Origin: Octopus bimaculoides
Taxonomy: Eukaryota
NCBI RefSeq assembly: GCF_001194135.2
Contig: NC_068983.1
Span: 124,037,742 to 124,101,741 of the forward strand
Direction of reading: 5' to 3'
DNA length: 64,000 nt
Part shown: piece by piece, positions 59,401 to 64,000 of the stretch
How the letters are laid out: every line of letters begins with the position of its first letter
Numbering within the stretch: the first letter of the stretch is position 1
Notes under the pieces: model-generated
Database searches by the model: none
The model's input: only the letters and a program-made list of their open reading frames with translations
Told to the model about the DNA's origin: nothing
Program-made: the position numbers and the translations under genes

Positions 59401-62400
59401 AAGTACAGTGTCAACATAATCCCCAGTACTGATGAAAAAGAAAAAACATAGTTCAAAATTTGCTTAAAGTGTAAAGTGCTTAAAATTCTCTGAGGTAATA
59501 TGTGCTGCTCTGGAACTAACAAACCAAGCTCACTTCCACAATAGAGCTCCAGCCACCTACCTTTGGGAGCTAGTCTATGTTGAAAAACAGATGATGTCTC
59601 CACCAAAGAGGAACAAGTATGAATAGAAGAAAGGAAATAGAGAAAAGCTAACAGATAGCATTTATGTAAATCCAAGCCTTAAATTATTTAGGTCACACAG
59701 ACTGTTCAAGAGATTTCAAAACGTATTTAACATTCTCCAAACTTTTGAGTTTCATAAAAATGAAGTCATCAAAAATTGCCAAAATTACAAGAACCTAAAT
59801 GAGGAACTAACCATATGAATGTATGCTTAGTATCTTAGAAAGAAAAGTGAGCTGAAAAACAAGATCAGGAATTGGGTCTCCAAAGGAACACCATGATGGA
59901 AGAGAAGAAAGTAAATAAAAGCTATGTAGAAATACCCAAATTAATCTTGAAAAGTTTTCTCAAATAACTACTAAATAAGTATTTAAAATATTTTCTTGAT
60001 AATTACAATGATGACCAGGAAATTTAAATTATTGGGCCAACAATTTTGAGGGAGTGATTAAGTCAATTACATCGACCCTGAAAGGATTAAAGGCAAAGCT
60101 GACCTCAGCAGAATTTGAACTCAGAAAATATTAGATTTAATGTATAATATAAAAAATCTAATATTAGATACTAGTTTTAATATTTTGAAAAATGTGTGGT
60201 TTTCTTGTTTATATTATACCAAATTGCTTTCTTGATATGTGTAGTGATCATGACTTTATGCTGCTGAAAAAGATAAGACTGATATGATTGAGAATGAAGT
60301 CACTAAAGTTGAAATGTCTATGTTGCATATGGGAGATGCATGGACACAGAAGATTAGGCAGGAATGAAGAAAGGTAATGCAATCTTTATACACAATATGT
60401 CTAAAAAAAGATATTTGCTGGATCAGGATTTATCTGGGGTTAAACAACACATTCTACACAGTCACCTCCCAGTTCTTTAACATAAATATTCTACACCATT
60501 AAATAGTATATACATCCATTCACTGAAAATACAACAACAGAGATCTGAGTTTAAATATTACAGTATTAAAACTGACATGATAGGAAGCATAGTAAAGCGT
60601 ATCAGTAATTTATCCAATTTCCTATCTCTCACTTTTCCCTAGAAGACAATTTCAACTGAATATTGAGATCTATAAAAAGAAAAGCCTAGATTTTACATAT
60701 TGACTCTGAGAAGACAGATGAAACAGTACATTGACATATACAGGATTTGATATTAAATCCATTCAAATCTCCTATACCTGTTCGATTCTTTCGCATCATT
60801 AATAAAATCACACTTTAATTACTCCCAAAAGAAAAAAACTTTCACACAAAAGTATAAACACAGTCTCTCCCTCTCCTTCTCCCTTTCTCTCTTAACCCGA
60901 AGAGAAATCTCCCTTCTCAAACTTCCACATGGTCACATGGGCTGGTAAAAGATGGGCACTTTTTCATATCAACAAAGAGGAGAATTTTAATTTATGAAGA
61001 GAAAATGAAATAGCAAATATTTAGATACACAACCAGTGAAATTTTTTCTATTGAATATTTCAAATCGATTGGCTGAATTGTCAGAGCATTGGACAAAATG
61101 CTTTGTGGTAATGGTTCCAGGTCTTTATGTTTTGTGTTCAATTCCTGCTGGGATCAATTTTACCTTTCATTTTCCTAGTTTGCCATGGGAAAATATGTTG
61201 GTTTATAATAGTAATTTCTTTTGACAAATATTTTGCTACACAACAATAGGTATTCATCTGCAGGATAAGGGTCTTCAATGAGTTTCAAATCTTCATCACA
61301 GCTCAAACAAGGCCAAAAGTAGTAATTTCAAACAAGGCTATGAAGTAGTAATTTTAAAAAATACAGTTGTATTTCCTTTATTTGCTGTTAATCATGGAAT
61401 TTTTTATTAACATTTTTATATACTTGGACAGTTAATAGCCATGCTTTTCTCCTGTTAACCATACATGTAATCACAAAATATTTCATAAATCCAACTGAAA
61501 TAATGGAAACATCATCCTATGTACTTTACAATATATATTTGGCTCTACTGTCTAGGTTGCTTCTATTGATGAATATTTTTGTTCCTTAATAATTTCATTT
61601 ACAAAGAGAAAATTAATGGAGATTCTGAGAATGAAAGATTGCCAAAAGGTAACCATGAGATGCTTAACAGCATCCAAAGCTGATTTTGGATAAGATTCTC
61701 TCCTGAGTAACATTCAAAATAATGTCTCCTCCCATCTCTACATCTGTTCAGATCTGATTGTAATTATTGTTCCACATTTGGTTAATGGTACCATTTTCTT
61801 CATGCTTGAACTGATAACTTTCTCTTTATATATACCACAGTACATCCTGAAGATGCCAGTATCTGAGTCGCAGACATTGAGCCAGTAGTAATTAATCACC
61901 ATTCAATGACAATAGCAACATCAGCTACAGAAAAAGCAAGAAACCAATACTCAGCATCAAGTGCTAGAATGTTTGGATGATGACAAACTTATGAAAAAAA
62001 ACCTTCAAGTCATCCATGACATTCACAACAAACACACACACATGCACACATACACACACACACATGAACAAGTCTCACCTAGTATTGCAAATCCAACAAG
62101 ACCATCAAGGTAATGGAAAACATTTCCATGTATCACACAATCCTCAGTCTTTCATACGTTCCAAAATGCAGCTGGTCTCTTACCAAAAAGCTCCTGATCA
62201 ATGTCATATAATTTTCTTTTCTTCCACCTGTCACCCATGGTGACTCTGTAAGACATACTCATGTGGAAAAAAGCCTCTATATTTGCCTTTTGATTCACAC
62301 TGAGCTCAAGCCTGTCGCCAGACTTTGGTGCTTGAGGGTGCTTCAGAATATTCTGGTTGGGTACTAATTTGTAATAACGCTAAAGTGGTGTTTCCAAAAT

Positions 62401-63516
62401 AAGTGTATCAGTGTAAATTAGAGTGTGTACCATTTAATAGTGAAGGGGCATTACTCACACAACACACTGCTAAGCTAGTCCCTATCCACACCAAACTCTC
62501 TCTCTGTCTCTCTCTCTCTACATTAGAATCATTAGAAACAAGCTACATTGAATCCCATTCCCAAGAATGACAACCTTCTGCTCCCGCAGATGATAGTTTA
62601 TGAATTTGTTTTGCAAGATTCCTGATATGAAATTGTGTGTTGAAACAGATATTGTTATATTTCAGGTTGGTAATTTTTTTTTTTTTTTTTCAAACCAAAT
62701 AAACACATGGACTGTACATTCGTTCTTCATTCATTTATCATTGTTCTTATTTTATCTTACATCCATTGTCTGGAAATATTTCATCACACATCTGTGACCT
62801 CTTCGGCGACTCTTCCGTCCTACATGTATCCTCCTGTTCCAATTAGTCTATTCTGTCTTTCTATGATGTGTATCGCACTACTCTCTCACACACACACAGG
62901 TAAGAATACACATTATAAAAAGACAGAATGGACAAAACAGAACAGGAGGATATGCATGGGATGGAAGAGTTGTTGAAGAGGTCACAGATGTGCAATGACA
63001 GATTTCTTGACAATGTACATAAGATAAAATAAGAACAATAATAAATGAGTGAAGAACGAATATATAGTGTGTGTGTTTATATGGCTAGAAAAAACATGAC
63101 CATACTGAAATATAACAATACCATCCTATTATGCTTCCAATATTTCAAAGGTGACAGAAACAGCCATAAACAGCCTTCTTCATCAACCTCGAATCTCTCT
63201 CCTCCTAAATAGTTAACAAGATGACTTATGTCAAGCTAGAAGAGGTCATTCGCAAAAAGTAAAAATTAACAATTACAGAACAGAGAAGTTACGCAAAAAT
63301 TCAGCAGTTCAATATTTTGGCAAATGTTTACTTTAGCACCCGGCAGCCAAAACAAATAAAGCAAGTGTAATAGATGTAAAAAAATGTGTATTAAACAACT
63401 ATGAAAACAGAAATTTACGCCAATGAACTGGGGGTGGGGAGATGACTTTCAGAAAATTCACATGATCCGATTTTTTCCCTCGTAACCTTTAGGAAAATGG
63501 ATATCTTTTAATGAAA

Positions 63517-63850
63517 TCTATATATATAAAAATGAGAATGTGTGTCTGTCTGTCTGTCTGTCTGTGTGTGTGTGTGTTTCCCTAAAACTCGAGAACTACA
63601 CAACCAATTTCATTCAAATTTTACACGTGCCTTTTTTAGGGTCCCGGTTGTATTTTAGTCAAAAAAAATGTTTAACTTCTTGCATAGTTCGAGCCCACAG
63701 CAACATAATATCTCCTCCACTATTTAAGTATGACGTGTCAAAGTGAAACAAAAACACTCATGTCAAATACTTTCACTTTAAAAATGAAACTATTCCACTA
63801 ACTGAAACAATCACATTTCGATACTGTAATGACAGATACTTTCACTTTAA
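63517..63850 (+). mobile_element. Helitron-like non-autonomous element, 5' part
   Basis: A|TCTATATATATAAAAATGAGAATG followed by (GTCT)n(GT)n, typical of non-autonomous Helitron 5' ends; 3' CTRR end not seen. Confidence 0.5.
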
Positions 63851-64000
63851 TGGTTTCAGAGAGAGAGATGTATATGTATACATATAGATGTATATGTACA
63901 CGTATATGTATAGATATATATAGAGATATAGATCTATATGCATACATGTATATGTATACATATGTGTAGATGTATATATATAGATGTACATGTAATATGT

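Overview
AT-rich, microsatellite-dense animal DNA. The SINE and RTE repertoire suggests an octopod cephalopod (inference). Most of the window is the 5' part of a KMT2C/D (MLL3/4, trithorax-related) histone H3K4 methyltransferase gene on the minus strand. I reconstructed by hand 25 phase-consistent coding exons (8,946 nt, about 2,982 codons): a candidate 7-nt start exon at 56.0 kb, a 5,617-nt Glu/Gln-rich exon, AT-hook motifs, both PHD-finger clusters, a poly-Pro exon and a last exon running off the left edge. The HMG/FYR/SET exons lie beyond the window. Introns hold RTE and CR1/L2-type LINE fragments, tRNA-SINEs, Tc1/mariner, pogo, piggyBac, a Merlin-like MITE, a Helitron end and LTR-like pieces. 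Main findings: (1) two TSD-flanked copies of a ~520-bp palindromic retroelement in which back-to-back tRNA-derived heads each lead to a minimal hammerhead-ribozyme motif, with a Penelope-like tail at one end; (2) the giant acidic N-terminal exon, whose +1 frame stays open for 550 codons from the first downstream AUG; (3) a GC-AG intron needed to keep the PHD frame; (4) a mariner derivative built from two 3' ends; (5) a possible alternative terminal exon giving a PHD-only isoform. No database searches were run; family names come from recognised motifs.
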